DNA from: Octopus bimaculoides
Lineage: Eukaryota
Assembly: GCF_001194135.2 (NCBI RefSeq)
Contig: NC_069000.1
Span: 4,749,547-4,813,546 of the forward strand
Length of the DNA stretch: 64,000 nt
Direction of reading: 5' to 3'
In this document: positions 51,365 through 64,000 of the stretch, one piece after another
Layout of the letters: every line of letters starts with the position of its first letter
How positions within the stretch are numbered: position 1 is the first letter of the stretch
Program-made: the position numbers and the translations under genes
Notes under the pieces: generated by a model
Database searches by the model: none
The model's input: only the letters and a program-made list of their open reading frames with translations
What the model was told of the DNA's origin: nothing

Positions 51365-51829
51365 CTGCAAAGGAATTGTGTCAGTGACCAAATCGTAGAA
51401 TATTCGACGAGACTTTTAATAAAAACATTGAGTGGAGATAATACTTTTTTTATGTGTTTTTGAATACCTAATGTGTCTTAGAAGCTGTAAGAACAAATAA
51501 CATGTGCAATAACTGTACTTGGTTTAGTTGCAATATGCAATCATAGAACAAATAACACGTCGAATAACTGCACCTCTAAAATCTGGTATACTGCAGTATT
51601 GTACGATATATTAAAGAAAAAGTGTGCTCAGTTTATTTTATAGCAAGGACCAAATATACCGTTTGTGCTCAAGAGACTAAGTATAAAAGTGGTTAAGCCA
51701 CCAGATTATGCCTTCATATTAATATGCAGTTAGACTTCGTGACTTTTTCTGTACTCTGTCCAAGCGGAAGCCCGCAACCTACAGCCTGGTTTTTAAAAAG
51801 GGTATCAGTATTGGACTTATGCGGTCACC

Positions 51830-51950
51830 TTGCTTAATATCACAATCCTCTCGTATCTTTGGTTACTTGTAGCGGATTCTGTGAACATTTGAGAAGGTTT
51901 TCCAGTCTGAGGATACATTCTCCTGTCTTTCTCCGTCTACCTGTCTCTGT
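51830..51950 (-). mobile_element. LINE reverse-transcriptase fragment
   Basis: Minus strand DIKQGDRISPIL resembles the RT motif G.RQGD.LSP.LF. Confidence 0.45.
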
Positions 51951-52405
51951 CTCTGCCCTTCTCTCTTACTATCTCTCTCTGCAGTTATTTCCGACACCAT
52001 GCTAAACATAAGGGACATAAGAGAAGGAACTTATGAAATACTGAAAATCGACTCTTCTTTATCAAATATGGAAGGTCGGATGTAATTCACCCACATCGCT
52101 ATCAGTACGTAATTTCGATTTTCAAAGAGCAATAGAAATATACGTTGATTATAAAAGTGCATTTGGATTTACGAACACGCTATATCGGAATTTACATACA
52201 TACATACATAAATACATACATACATACATACAAGCATGGATTAACACGTATATACGTACACACATACATAGATAAATAAGTACATATACATAAATATGTA
52301 GATTCATATATCGATAGATGTGTGTGCTTCTCTGCGTGTGAATGTGCATGTGAGTGTTTATGTAGATATGCATGTATATGTACATTACACACACACACAC
52401 ATAAA

Positions 52406-52445
<40 letters not shown>

Positions 52446-52514
52446 TACATAAATACATATATATATGTATATATATTTATATATATTTATACTCACACAC
52501 ACACACACACACAT

Positions 52515-52590
<76 letters not shown>

Positions 52591-53599
52591 CCTACATACA
52601 AATACTCACACACACGTATGTCTGTAAATATGGCTTTCACCGAACGTAGAAAGTTCATGGAGTACAGAAATATGTACAGATCAATCTAGATATACACACA
52701 ATAGGCACACATTGGTACATAGACATAGACAGGCCGATACATATATATATATATCACTAAGAGCTGTTGAGACTGCAATGGACACACACTTGTGTACACA
52801 CATACGTACAACGGCACATGCATTTGTGTGTGTATATATATATATCTGTGTGTGTGTGTGTGTGTATAAATATGTATATAAACTTCTACTTGAAGTCTGC
52901 TTTAGTAACTCAACGTTTCTCTTTATACGTTAAAGAAAATTTATCCTAAAGAGACGCACAAATAACTCGCTCATTCTATTTCAAGTGTGAGAGAATTTAA
53001 TATTGAATCGAATTTAGAAGTATAGTATGTTACCCAGTCGATGGAGTCCAATGCTCATGTAAAGAACTTATGGCGGTGTTTGAAAGAATAAAACATTATG
53101 CCTAAAGCTTCTTTCCTGACATAGCGAACATGTATCCGTATCGATCCTATCTTCAAAGGGTGATCGGTAATCCGGAATTGATTGTAGACAAATGACCAGT
53201 AGAACATAGAATTGGAGTTTATATAGAATAGAACTTTAAATGTATCGATAGAATAATGTTCATTCTTATCTTACGCAAAGTCAAGAAATTCGATAATTTT
53301 AAACATTACAAAGTCTGTCGTTTCTGTAATATCGAACATTTTGTTCAAAAATATATATATATTCCAGAATATGTAAATGGTAAAAATCAATAAAATGTCT
53401 CAATAAGAATTCAGACGAATTCGTTTCCACCATTCTCTCATTTGTTATCATGGCTTCGCGACAGATAAGAACTCCATCGAGTAAATATACGGTGAAATGC
53501 GTTCCAACCGTGACCAATTATTTTTATTTCATGAAAGCTCTCAGTTTATTTTGGTGGGTATGATGGAAAGTGTCAGCTGTCCACAGCCAGCAGACCAAA

Positions 53600-53765
53600 A
53601 TGACACCTGTTTATTGATCATGCTTCAAGAACCTTTCGGACAGCACACCTGCAATTCCAACCAATGATGTTTTTTGTAGGTGTTCTATCTACACAGTTGT
53701 ACTAATCCTTTTGAGCCATGTTGGTAATTGTGTATTGTTCCTATCTAGTGCACCAATTACTATTA
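53600..53765 (-). mobile_element. R4/Dong-like LINE C-terminal fragment
   Basis: IVIGALDRNNTQLPTWLKRIST..*IEHLQKTSLVGIA, homologous to the end of 57552-57929. Confidence 0.65.
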
Positions 53766-53820
<55 letters not shown>

Positions 53821-53822
53821 GA
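53760..53822. repeat. (ATT)n tract
   Basis: Directly visible. Confidence 0.95.
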
Positions 53823-55003
53823 ATAAATTCAAACAGCAAATTTTAACTGTTACTACGTTGTTTGAAGAAAAATGATGGACAATTTTGATTGATTTTCAAA
53901 CCTTATTGGGTTCTCGATAATTGTTTTCTTACAACATGGACAGCTATTACAACTCTTCTCTCCTCAGAGCTGACTCTGTTTATTACATTCAGTTATTTGG
54001 ATATATCTACGAGTTTTACGCTCACCAGATCAATACACGTATTTCTATGTTTATGTTTGTATGCTTTTCCGTATAAGCACGAGCTTATATTAGCAAGGAT
54101 TGGAAATTGTTACATTGTAATGGAAATACGCAGCGATATCCGTATGCGAAAGAATTACCACCCGTTAACGCCAATAATCGCTTTGTATTTGTTATCTTAC
54201 GTGTACAGGGAAAGACATCGGAGCCAGAGAAAGTATTAAGTTCAATATGATCCATTTAAAGCCCTCAGAGACCTGCTGCAGCATGGTCTCAGTCCAATGA
54301 AAGAAACCTGCAAAATGAAGAAAAAAGGAAAAGAATTAAGGATATGTAAATTATTATGTAATAAGCCAATAATGCTAATATTTGAGAGCAATTGCCAAAA
54401 TGTATTAACGTTGAGTTGCCAATGCGTAAAACGAATAGCAAGAATTTCTCAGCGATATATTTAATTTATACCAATAAGATTCAGTTTGAAATTAGAAAAT
54501 AAAGTAAAATGAATTTGAAATAATCTGCAATGAAATAAAATATAATAAAAATCCAAGAAAGGAATTTATAAGGAAACTAAGAAAAAAAATTGCTACAATG
54601 TGTGATGAAACCTTGTCACGGCTGTAAAAGAAGAATCTTATCTAAGAATTAATGATTTATTGAGAATCCAACCAACAGCATGGCGAACCATACTTGCAAG
54701 GAAACCGGAGAAATATAAAAAAACAACGAAAAAGAAAAAAGTATCGCAAAATAAAATAAATAAATACATAAATGAGCAGTATAAAATAAAATTATTTTCA
54801 TAGTTTTGACTAACCTGCACAACTGCGGATATTAAACTGGGTGAGATGTTAGATTAGAAAATAATTAAGAATGTAGATACAATCTTGTTCAGAAAGTTGG
54901 CAGTAACTGAGCTCATTAGAATTGGCTTTAAGAAGAAAATTAAGAAAACTACTAATATATACATACATACAAAGAAACATGCATATAAATAATTGTATGC
55001 ATA

Positions 55004-55034
<31 letters not shown>

Positions 55035-56096
55035 NNNNNNNNNNNNNNNNNNNNNNNNNNNNNNNNNNNNNNNNNNNNNNNNNNNNNNNNNNNNNNNNNN
55101 NNNNNNNNNNNNNNNNNNNNNNNNNNNNNNNNNNNNNNNNNNNNNNNNNNNNNNNNNNNNNNNNNNNNNNNNNNNNNNNNNNNNNNNNNNNNNNNNNNNN
55201 NNNNNNNNNNNNNNNNNNNNNNNNNNNNNNNNNNNNNNNNNNNNNNNNNNNNNNNNNNNNNNNNNNNNNNNNNNNNNNNNNNNNNNNNNNNNNNNNNNNN
55301 NNNNNNNNNNNNNNNNNNNNNNNNNNNNNNNNNNNNNNNNNNNNNNNNNNNNNNNNNNNNNNNNNNNNNNNNNNNNNNNNNNNNNNNNNNNNNNNNNNNN
55401 NNNNNNNNNNNNNNNNNNNNNNNNNNNNNNNNNNNNNNNNNNNNNNNNNNNNNNNNNNNNNNNNNNNNNNNNNNNNNNNNNNNNNNNNNNNNNNNNNNNN
55501 NNNNNNNNNNNNNNNNNNNNNNATATATATATATATATATACATACATGCATACATACATACATGTTAGCATGTGTTTGCTTAGATTTTCTGTATTTATG
55601 TTCTTCAAGTTAGCGTTCTTGTAAGCTAGTTTCTCATTTTATTTTCGAATTTAATTTTTAATTAAATACAAAACTTCTTGTTATAATGTAATATTTTGTA
55701 AACTATTGGATGTGTTTGCCGCATCCATTCCAATTACAGGCGGATAAACATTAGATTCCTATCAAAGACTTTCAGTTGCCAAGAAATGTTTGAAGGTAAC
55801 GAAGTATTCTTGTTTTTGATGTTGTTGTTGATGTTGTTGAATTACTTCAAATCACATTCCATCATCACGTCTCTGTGTACCTGAACTACAATGCCCCAAT
55901 GTATCCTTTGTTTAATCCGCTATATTGGAGAAATTTGGGTGAGTTAGAACACCCCTATAGCATGTCAACTGTATGCTGTGTTTTGGCGAAGGAAGGACGG
56001 AGAGCTCGAGAAATTCTCTTCAACTATACATATTTTTAGGAGAGTATTGTAGTTCGCTTGAAGCATTGTGCATTGTTTGTAAAGAATAAAAATTTG

Positions 56097-56380
56097 GAAT
56101 GGTACAACAATGCACTATACTATAAAGAATGAGCTATATAGCTGTTCTAATATATCTGTTCTATATACCTGTCTGATGATATATCGGAATAAAATTCCTG
56201 CTTCAGATATTCTTAGATGGAGTAAAGGAAAAGCCGTTGGAAAACCGATTATAGCAGCGACTCCATCTAAGATTATCTGAAGAAAGAATTTTATTCCGAA
56301 ATATCATCAGACTATGGATTACTAAATTACAACAGGTACATAGCCCATTCTTTATATTATAGTGCATTGTTGTACCATTC
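56097..56380. mobile_element. Fold-back MITE with two inverted arm pairs
   Basis: gaatggtacaacaatgcactata.tataaagaatg pairs with cattctttata.tatagtgcattgttgtaccattc. Inner tctgatgatatatcggaataaaattc..ttcagata.tcttagatggagt pairs with actccatctaaga.tatctgaa..gaattttattccgaaatatcatcaga. Confidence 0.88.
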
Positions 56381-56900
<520 letters not shown>

Positions 56901-57317
56901 CAGACGATAAGTGACTAAACATATGTATACTTAACGATAATGTTTTCGTTGATCTGGAGAGGAAAACGGGAAAACAAGAGATTAGAAGAGAAGCTGAGAA
57001 TATTCGATTGTTTTGCTGTCATTTATCGTCAGAGACAAAAACAAAAGGAAACCAGTCTGTATTGATTTTTGGTGGAATTGCTTTCAGTTTTAATTAAATG
57101 TGAATTACATAAATTCCCCAATCAAGCAGACATTGGTATGATATTTGTTTTATCAGCGATCTGGTAGTCTGATTGGTATAATCTAATATTGAACACAACA
57201 TTAATTCTAGAACGAACAACAGTAACAAAGAAGAGAAAAAGAGAACAAACATAATAAAAATAATAATCATTATTATTATAGTAATAATGATGACGATGAT
57301 GATGATGATAATAATAA

Positions 57318-57522
57318 TGTTTTAAAATTTTGCCACAAGGGGTTTTGGGGAGGGGATAAATCGATTATATGGACCCCAGGTTTCACTGTTACTTAATTTA
57401 TCGATACCAAAAAGATGAAAGGTAAAATCGACATCGGTAGAATATGAACTCAGAACGTAGCGACAGACGAAATAACGCTAAGCATTTCGCCCGGTGTTCT
57501 AACGATTCTGCCAGCTCACCAC
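57318..57522 (-). mobile_element. SINE family B, near full length
   Basis: ttacttaatttatcgatacc..gatgaaaggtaaaatcgac..gaactcagaacgtag..attctgccagctcacc. Confidence 0.88.
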
Positions 57523-57551
57523 ACTCGTAGTAACAATAAAAATAATAATAT

Positions 57552-57929
57552 TATGATCGAGTCGAAGGAGTACTGGAGTCGGAGAAATGTAAGATTTTGT
57601 GAGACTTTCCTATTCAAACGGACAAGAAATTAGAAAATAATAGACCAGATATGACGATTGTAGATAAAATTAAAGCGAAGTTGCATATTCATCGACTCAT
57701 CATACCCGTTTGATTCCAGGATCTTAAAGGAAGAGGAAGAAAAGAAGAATTTGGAGCATCTGAACAGTAAAAGTCGTGCTTATAGTAATAATTGGTGCGT
57801 TGGGAACAGTAACCCAAGATATAGACAAATGCCTGAGAGAGATTGAAAGAGAATGCCCGGTGGAGCTCCTTAAAGAAAATTTGTCTCTTAGGGACAATAA
57901 GGATTATCAAGAGGGTTCTAAGCACTTGA
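57552..57929 (+). mobile_element. R4/Dong-clade LINE, restriction-like endonuclease C-terminus (pseudogenised)
   Basis: VEGVLESEKCKIL*DFPIQTDKKLENNRPDMTIVDK / IFIDSSYPFDSRILKEEEEK / VIIGALGTVT / CLLGTIRIIKRVLST*. The PD..D..K endonuclease motifs are present, with frameshifts. Confidence 0.88.
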
Positions 57930-57972
57930 AAGATTGCTGAAAATTACTTGCGGATACTTAAGGTTACGGTTA

Positions 57973-58424
57973 GGCTGAGCACTGCACAGACATGTGTACC
58001 CTTAACGTAGTCCTCATGGAGATTGAGCTGGCCCTTTGAATTATAGCTACAACTCGTTTTTATCAGCTGGATTAAAACTGGAGCAATGTGAAAATAAATT
58101 CTTTTCTACTCTAGGCACAAGGCCCGAAATTTTGGGGGAGTGGGCCAGTCAATTAGATCGACCCCACTACGCAACTAGTACTTAATTTATCGATCCCGAA
58201 AGGATAAAAGGCAGAGTCGACCTCGGCGGAATTTGAACTCAGAATGTAACGGCAGACGAAATACAGCTAAGCATTTCGCCGAGCCTGCTACCGCTTCTGC
58301 CAGCTCGCCGCCTTGACGCGAAAATAAATTGTCTTATTCAATGACTCAACGCGCTGCCAAGAATCGAAGACACTACCTCGTGAACGTGAGCAGAATACCA
58401 TCTCCGCTAAGCTTATGCGCCTTC
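57973..58424 (-). mobile_element. SINE family D interrupted by a family B insertion
   Basis: D tail and core at 57973-58100 resume at 58320 (aaaataaattgtcttattcaatgactcaacgcg...atgcgccttc). Confidence 0.82.
58101..58313 (-). mobile_element. SINE family B full length, nested, with 11-bp target-site duplication
   Basis: gaaaataaatt at 58090-58100 and 58320-58330. Confidence 0.92.
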
Positions 58425-58430
58425 ACTCAC

Positions 58431-58523
58431 GTGATCTTTAATACCCGCAGAATTGACACAAAACATTGTAAACACAGACTGCATCTGGTAAAATGACACG
58501 ACATATAAAGTGAATGTAGTATT
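58431..58523 (-). other. Candidate 93-nt exon
   Basis: On the minus strand: acceptor gtgtgtttgttgtacag with an upstream T-rich tract, donor CAC/gtgagt. Two frames are open. Confidence 0.28.
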
Positions 58524-59677
58524 CTGTACAACAAACACACGAATGTTGATGTAACAGCAGACAGTAAAAAAACAAAACAAAACAAAAATAGCTGTGCAAT
58601 AAAACAAGACAAAAGTAACACACAAACATTATTACGATCCCGAAAGACATCACTGCTCAGTGAAGGGATAACATGGAGGTGGAAATTTATGGTGCAGCAA
58701 AAACGACCAGGAAAATATAGAAAAGGGAATGATAATAATAATTTGAATCAAATTCCAAAGCATTTTACAGTGACATTATCAAAAAAAAAAAAGAGGATAA
58801 TAAATAAGTATACAAAATAAAATATTAATGTAAGATAAAACAACATCAAAAGAAACTCCGGCGTTTTTGGAAGGTAGGCTGTGTAAAGAACATTTGTATA
58901 GCTTAGTTCAGATTATGGTTTTCCCATGTTGTTAAGTGACTGTAATATTTTCTATGATAGGGAGGCGAATTGATGAAAAGGTTATGTGTCTGATAAAATT
59001 CTGCAATCTATTTTGATTTGCAGGCGTGGCATTGTGGCTTCTGCTAAAGCCGTGCCGCTGACCATTACCTCGTGTGTGGATTTGGTTCACAGAAGCTGAA
59101 AGAAGCCCATAGTATATACATATATTCGCATACATACCTATATATATATATATATATATATATNNNNNNNNNNNNNNNNNNNNNNNNNNNNNNNNNNNNN
59201 NNNNNNNNNNNNNNNNNNNNNNNNNNNNNNNNNNNNNNNNNNNNNNNNNNNNNNNNNNNNNNNNNNNNNNNNNNNNNNNNNNNNNNNNNNNNNNNNNNNN
59301 NNNNNNNNNNNNNNNNNNNNNNNNNNNNNNNNNNNNNNNNNNNNNNNNNNNNNNNNNNNNNNNNNNNNNNNNNNNNNNNNNNNNNNNNNNNNNNNNNNNN
59401 NNNNNNNNNNNNNNNNNNNNNNNNNNNNNNNNNNNNNNNNNNNNNNNNNNNNNNNNNNNNNNNNNNNNNNNNNNNNNNNNNNNNNNNNNNNNNNNNNNNN
59501 NNNNNNNNNNNNNNNNNNNNNNNNNNNNNNNNNNNNNNNNNNNNNNNNNNNNNNNNNNNNNNNNNNNNNNNNNNNNNNNNNNNNNNNNNNNNNNNNNNNN
59601 NNNNNNNNNNNNNNNNNNNNNNNNNNNNNNNNNNNNNNNNNNNNNNNNNNNTATATATATATACAGATATACATATG

Positions 59678-59734
<57 letters not shown>

Positions 59735-59880
59735 GTCTATATATATATACAAATTAAAAGGGTAAAGGGTTATCAATTTATTAATTAATAAATCAATTAA
59801 CAATTAATAATTTTTACCAAGCCCATCGGTATGAAGGCACCATTATTGGTGGAGAACTTATTTAAAAGCTCATATATATT

Positions 59881-59971
59881 TATAAATATAATTAAGGGAA
59901 CAGCAAATATTTGCTATAAATATAATTAAGGGATCAGCAAATATTTGCTATAAATATAATTAAGGGATAAG

Positions 59972-59978
<7 letters not shown>
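59881..59978 (+). repeat. 34-bp tandem repeat, about 2.9 copies
   Basis: Unit tataaatataattaaggga(a/t)cagcaaatatttgc. Confidence 0.92.
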
Positions 59979-60009
<31 letters not shown>

Positions 60010-60010
<1 letters not shown>

Positions 60011-60157
60011 ACGTGAACTACGTTAAGGGTACACGTGTCTGTGGAGTGCTCAGCCACTTGCACGTTAATTTCACGAGCAGGCTGTTCCGTTGATCGGATC
60101 AACTGGAACCTTCGACGTCGTAAGCGACGGAGTGCCACCAACAACAACAACAACAAC
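60010..60157 (+). mobile_element. SINE family D 3' end with (CAA)n tail
   Basis: gaactacgttaagggtacacgtgtctgtggagtgctcagccacttgcacg...gtcgtaagcgacggagtgccaccaacaac. Confidence 0.9.
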
Positions 60158-60873
60158 AAATCTACCTTGTGGAATTGGCTAAAATTCACCATGAGAAATG
60201 GCACAGGGCAACACTAAGAGAAGTCCCTTTGCTCCAAAATATAGAACAAGTGGGGGAAGAGGCAGTCACCGCTCCTCAATGAAAATCGTATATGGAATTT
60301 TTTGAACCCATTGAATGACCGCCTAGCTCTTAGTACTGCACAGAACGGAAAGACAATAAAGCAATGTGATAAGACAGATATCTGGCTGCTATTTCTAACA
60401 CATTAGATAACCACGTTGAAGGTACTTCACTAACATTTATGTGTGATATGAGACTAGCGTATTGTCAGGTTTATGACTTCCTGTTCAGAACTCTTTACAT
60501 AAATGTCTTTGATAATATTCTATTAATCAAATTAAATCTCTTGACAGCGTCAACTCAAACAGATTATGAACATAAAGACTTCGTTTCATCTCTCGATAAA
60601 AGTGTATTTATTCAGTTCACAACCATTCACCTGGTCTAGTAGTAGTTTTCGGAATACTTAGTTCTGTGGTTGAGTGGTTAGACAGTATGACTCTGTAAAC
60701 ACGTGTTTCTGTATGACATTCAAACCGTGTAACACATTGAGGAAGTGTCTTTAGATTCAGTGAGTGAACGAACGATAGAAATTAAAATTTGGTAACCGGA
60801 AGCTACGAACACTCGGTGTATATATATGCATCATACACACACACAATGTGCGATGGGTAAATTGTCACCATTT

Positions 60874-60937
<64 letters not shown>

Positions 60938-60938
<1 letters not shown>

Positions 60939-61096
60939 GACGGGCGTGTTTCAGTTTCCGTCTACCAAATCCATTCACAAGGCTTTGGTCGGACCGAGCC
61001 TAGAGTAGAAGACACCCAAATTGGCACGCAGTGGGACAGAACACGGAACCATGTGGTTGGGAAGCAAGCATCTTACCACACAGCCACGCCTGCCCC
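60938..61096 (-). mobile_element. SINE family A head and body
   Basis: acgacgggc..tttcagtttccgtctaccaaatccattcacaaggctttggtcgg...ttaccacacagccacgcctgc. Confidence 0.9.
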
Positions 61097-61199
61097 TACG
61101 TTTACAAATATTTCTGAAGTCATGCATAGAAATCGAACCTTTGTTGGATTTCTCTAACATGTAACATAACTAAAGGACGGGTTGTATTTCGTATATTTC

Positions 61200-62085
61200 A
61201 GGAGAGTTAAAACAATTAAAAAGAACGGATATACAAAGTGATAAAATTCCGGTAGGAAGCACATATTAATCGCAAAGGATCCAAAAATTTTAGAAATTGT
61301 GAAAAATTATCAAGGGAGAAATAGAGACATCAACACATGTATTAGAGATGTGATAGAAAATTGGGAATAACTAATTAATTTCTGAAACCAGTTTCTCACA
61401 CTCCGAAATTTTAATATCGCTATGATTTTCTTGTATTTTATTTCTCTTGCCTTAAATTTAGGCTTTTATTTGGGATATATTTAAGTTCTTGATAAATTGT
61501 TAAATGAATAAATATGAATATTAATTATTGTTTCTTCCTATTTATTAATATGGAAGAATTTGTTCTATAACCATCAACACGATGAGTTAAAATCCTCTCA
61601 GTTTTACTATTCTTGGTAAAGATTTCATCAAAGAATACACAACTGTGTACAGTGGTCCAAACAAAAATGGCAACTAAAAGAAGACGATAAAAGATGAGCT
61701 AAATGCAGATGCTGTTATCGGCTGCTTCACCTCACAAGCAGTACGTCAATGGTCGTGTAAAATAATGAAAGTTGCTATACCTGCTATTTTACGCTCCTGC
61801 CATTGTTATAATGTGTCGTGTCCGGCAAATCAACCGTAAGAAATTTCGCCTCATAGCAAAATTTGCCGTAAGGCAAATTCACCGTATGACAATTATAAAG
61901 CGCATTATATCAGCAATTTTTTTAAAACAAAGAAAAGAACGATAAAAGTTTTTTTTTATAAAAGCATTAAATATGCAAATGATTATTCAATGTTAAACAT
62001 GATGAGGTCAGTTAAAAGGAAATATCTTACGGCGAATTTCCTGCGGCAAAAATGTTTATAGCAAAATTCCCAATAACCATAATGT
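61200..62085 (+). mobile_element. MULE-like DNA transposon remnant
   Basis: KDPKILEIVKNYQGRNRDINTCIRDVIENWE* (to 61370) resembles the C-termini of animal MULE transposases. Sub-repeated inverted ends: aaatttgccgtaaggcaaattcaccgta (61822-61890) and cttacggcgaatttcctgcggcaaaaat (62020-62078). Confidence 0.42.
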
Positions 62086-62487
62086 CTAAAACAAAATTAA
62101 AAATAGATACGAGACTGCAGAAAACAGAAATGAAATTTTATCAAAATAGGGATTCTTTTTTGTATAAATACTTTCAATAGTTCTTTTAGTTGTTGACACT
62201 TCGTCCCTTATTTTCAATATTCCGCATATCTTAAAATCGAGAGAGGAAATGTTGGATAAGAGAACACTATTTTAGGTACTTTGTTAAAGCACTAATATAT
62301 AACACAACCGCGAGGAAGATTTGAAATGGAGATGGATTGATTGGACGCCATTATATAGATACACTCGCGCATAAACTTGCATAGAAACAAGGATATTGAC
62401 AGGATTCGTCTTGGAGGCGAATAAGGCAAAGGCTGGAGATCAGTGTAGACAGCTCTTGAATGCCGTATAATATAATCTAGTAACTGA

Positions 62488-62650
62488 AGGCGACGGACTC
62501 ATAAAATCGTTAGCATACCAGGTAAAATTCTAAGCGGAGTTTCGTATTCATATTTTGAGTTCAGATTCCGCCGGGAACTGACTTTGCCATCCATCCTTTC
62601 AGAGTTGAATAAAATAAGTGCCAGTTAAACATTGAACTCGATGTAATCAG
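62488..62650 (+). mobile_element. SINE family B, ending in (CTAT)n
   Basis: gagttcagattccgccggg..ctttgccatccatcctttc..aaaataagtgccagt. Confidence 0.8.
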
Positions 62651-62702
<52 letters not shown>

Positions 62703-62859
62703 TTATCTATCTATCTGTCTGCCTGTCGCTCTGTCTTTCTTTCTCTCTCTCCCTCTCTATCTTTCAACTTACCTGCCTAAATAAATATGTGCGTGTATGT
62801 GTGAGCGTGTTTATTTGGTTGCAAGTATTCCAGATCAGCTCTAACAGGTGGTTCAACAA

Positions 62860-62992
62860 CAGCAACAAAGGCAACAACAAAGACAAGAGTACCGGCAACA
62901 ATAACAACGAGAACAACAACAGCAGCAGCAGCAGCAGCAGTAGCAGGATGAACGTCTGCAAAAGTAATAAGAAAAACAGCAGCAACAACAAA
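62860..62992. repeat. (CAA)/(CAG) compound tract
   Basis: Directly visible. Confidence 0.88.
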
Positions 62993-63780
62993 GGCATCGA
63001 TTCAGTTAGGGTAATATTATCTTCATATCGGCTTCTGTCAGATTTTACGTCGAAATCGCCATGACACCCCAAACTACCATTCACAACAATAAATACATAA
63101 AAAAGTAAGAAAAAAAAAAAACAGCATAAAACAACGTTTCCATCGGAATATTATGTAGTCCTAGTGACTTTATGTTTGAAACTATGAGGAGATAGCCATG
63201 GATGGAATATTAAACATAAATAGGACTCCACAATCCCAAGCAGCACTGAGATTAAAAAAGAGAAACTCAACGAAACTAACTATACAGGCAATAAGACCAC
63301 CATATTAATAGTTTCTGCTACTCCATTTTGAAGCGATTTTTTTTCCTGCTTTTTCCAAGCAAATAATGATAACAAGCCGAATATCTCATAAAATAATATT
63401 TCATGGTTGTTATGAGAGAAATATATTATGCCATGGAGAAATAATATTCTTTCATAGGTCTGCGGTGTGGAAATAAATTGAATAGAGGCGTTATTATAAG
63501 CGGAATTGTGTTACGTAATTCGCTTGGAATAGTTACTTTAGCATCAATAATGTCCCTTAATGTATTGTTGTTTTGCTATTAATCACGTGACGAATTTACC
63601 ATTGCACAATGTGTGTGGCGGTATACATATATATTATATACATCTACTTAGTATACGTAGGTGTGAATATATATTTATATACAATTCTGTATAAAAAAGA
63701 ATACAAGTATCCTATTTTCAGTAATCTTTCGTTACTCCATATATGTTGTCAAAATGCGAACCAATCCATCTATTCACCAG

Positions 63781-63875
<95 letters not shown>

Positions 63876-64000
63876 TTTGTCTGTCTGTCTGCCTTAATCT
63901 CTGACTCTGTCTGTCTACATATATATATATATATGTATATATACTTTATTCAAAAGCAGCAGAAATATAACAAAAGCTGCTTTTAAATAAAGCATATTGC

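Noticed and set aside
61620-61760. TVYSG resembling a LINE endonuclease motif
   Set aside because: Single short motif, with the expected downstream GV residues absent.

Overview
Eukaryotic, AT-rich, repeat-dense draft-assembly window with 21 N-gaps (about 8.4 kb), nearly all bounded by (TA)n/(CA)n/(GA)n tracts. There is no long intact ORF: almost every entry in the ORF track is microsatellite or N read-through. The repeat content points to a coleoid cephalopod, probably octopus (inference from recognition, not from a search). It includes about 35 copies or fragments of three tRNA-headed SINE families (called A, B and D here), decayed LINE pieces (RTE, R4/Dong, I-group-like), a mariner transposase fragment, two fold-back MITEs and a MULE-like remnant. 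No gene could be named. The best unexplained signals are: a minimal type I hammerhead ribozyme motif at 43295-43336; a decayed C1q-like domain at about 33691-33931; short candidate exons on both strands; a cryptic 66-bp array just upstream of a GC-rich promoter-like patch; and several SINE chimeras and nestings. I cannot support an intact new biological system from the sequence alone.
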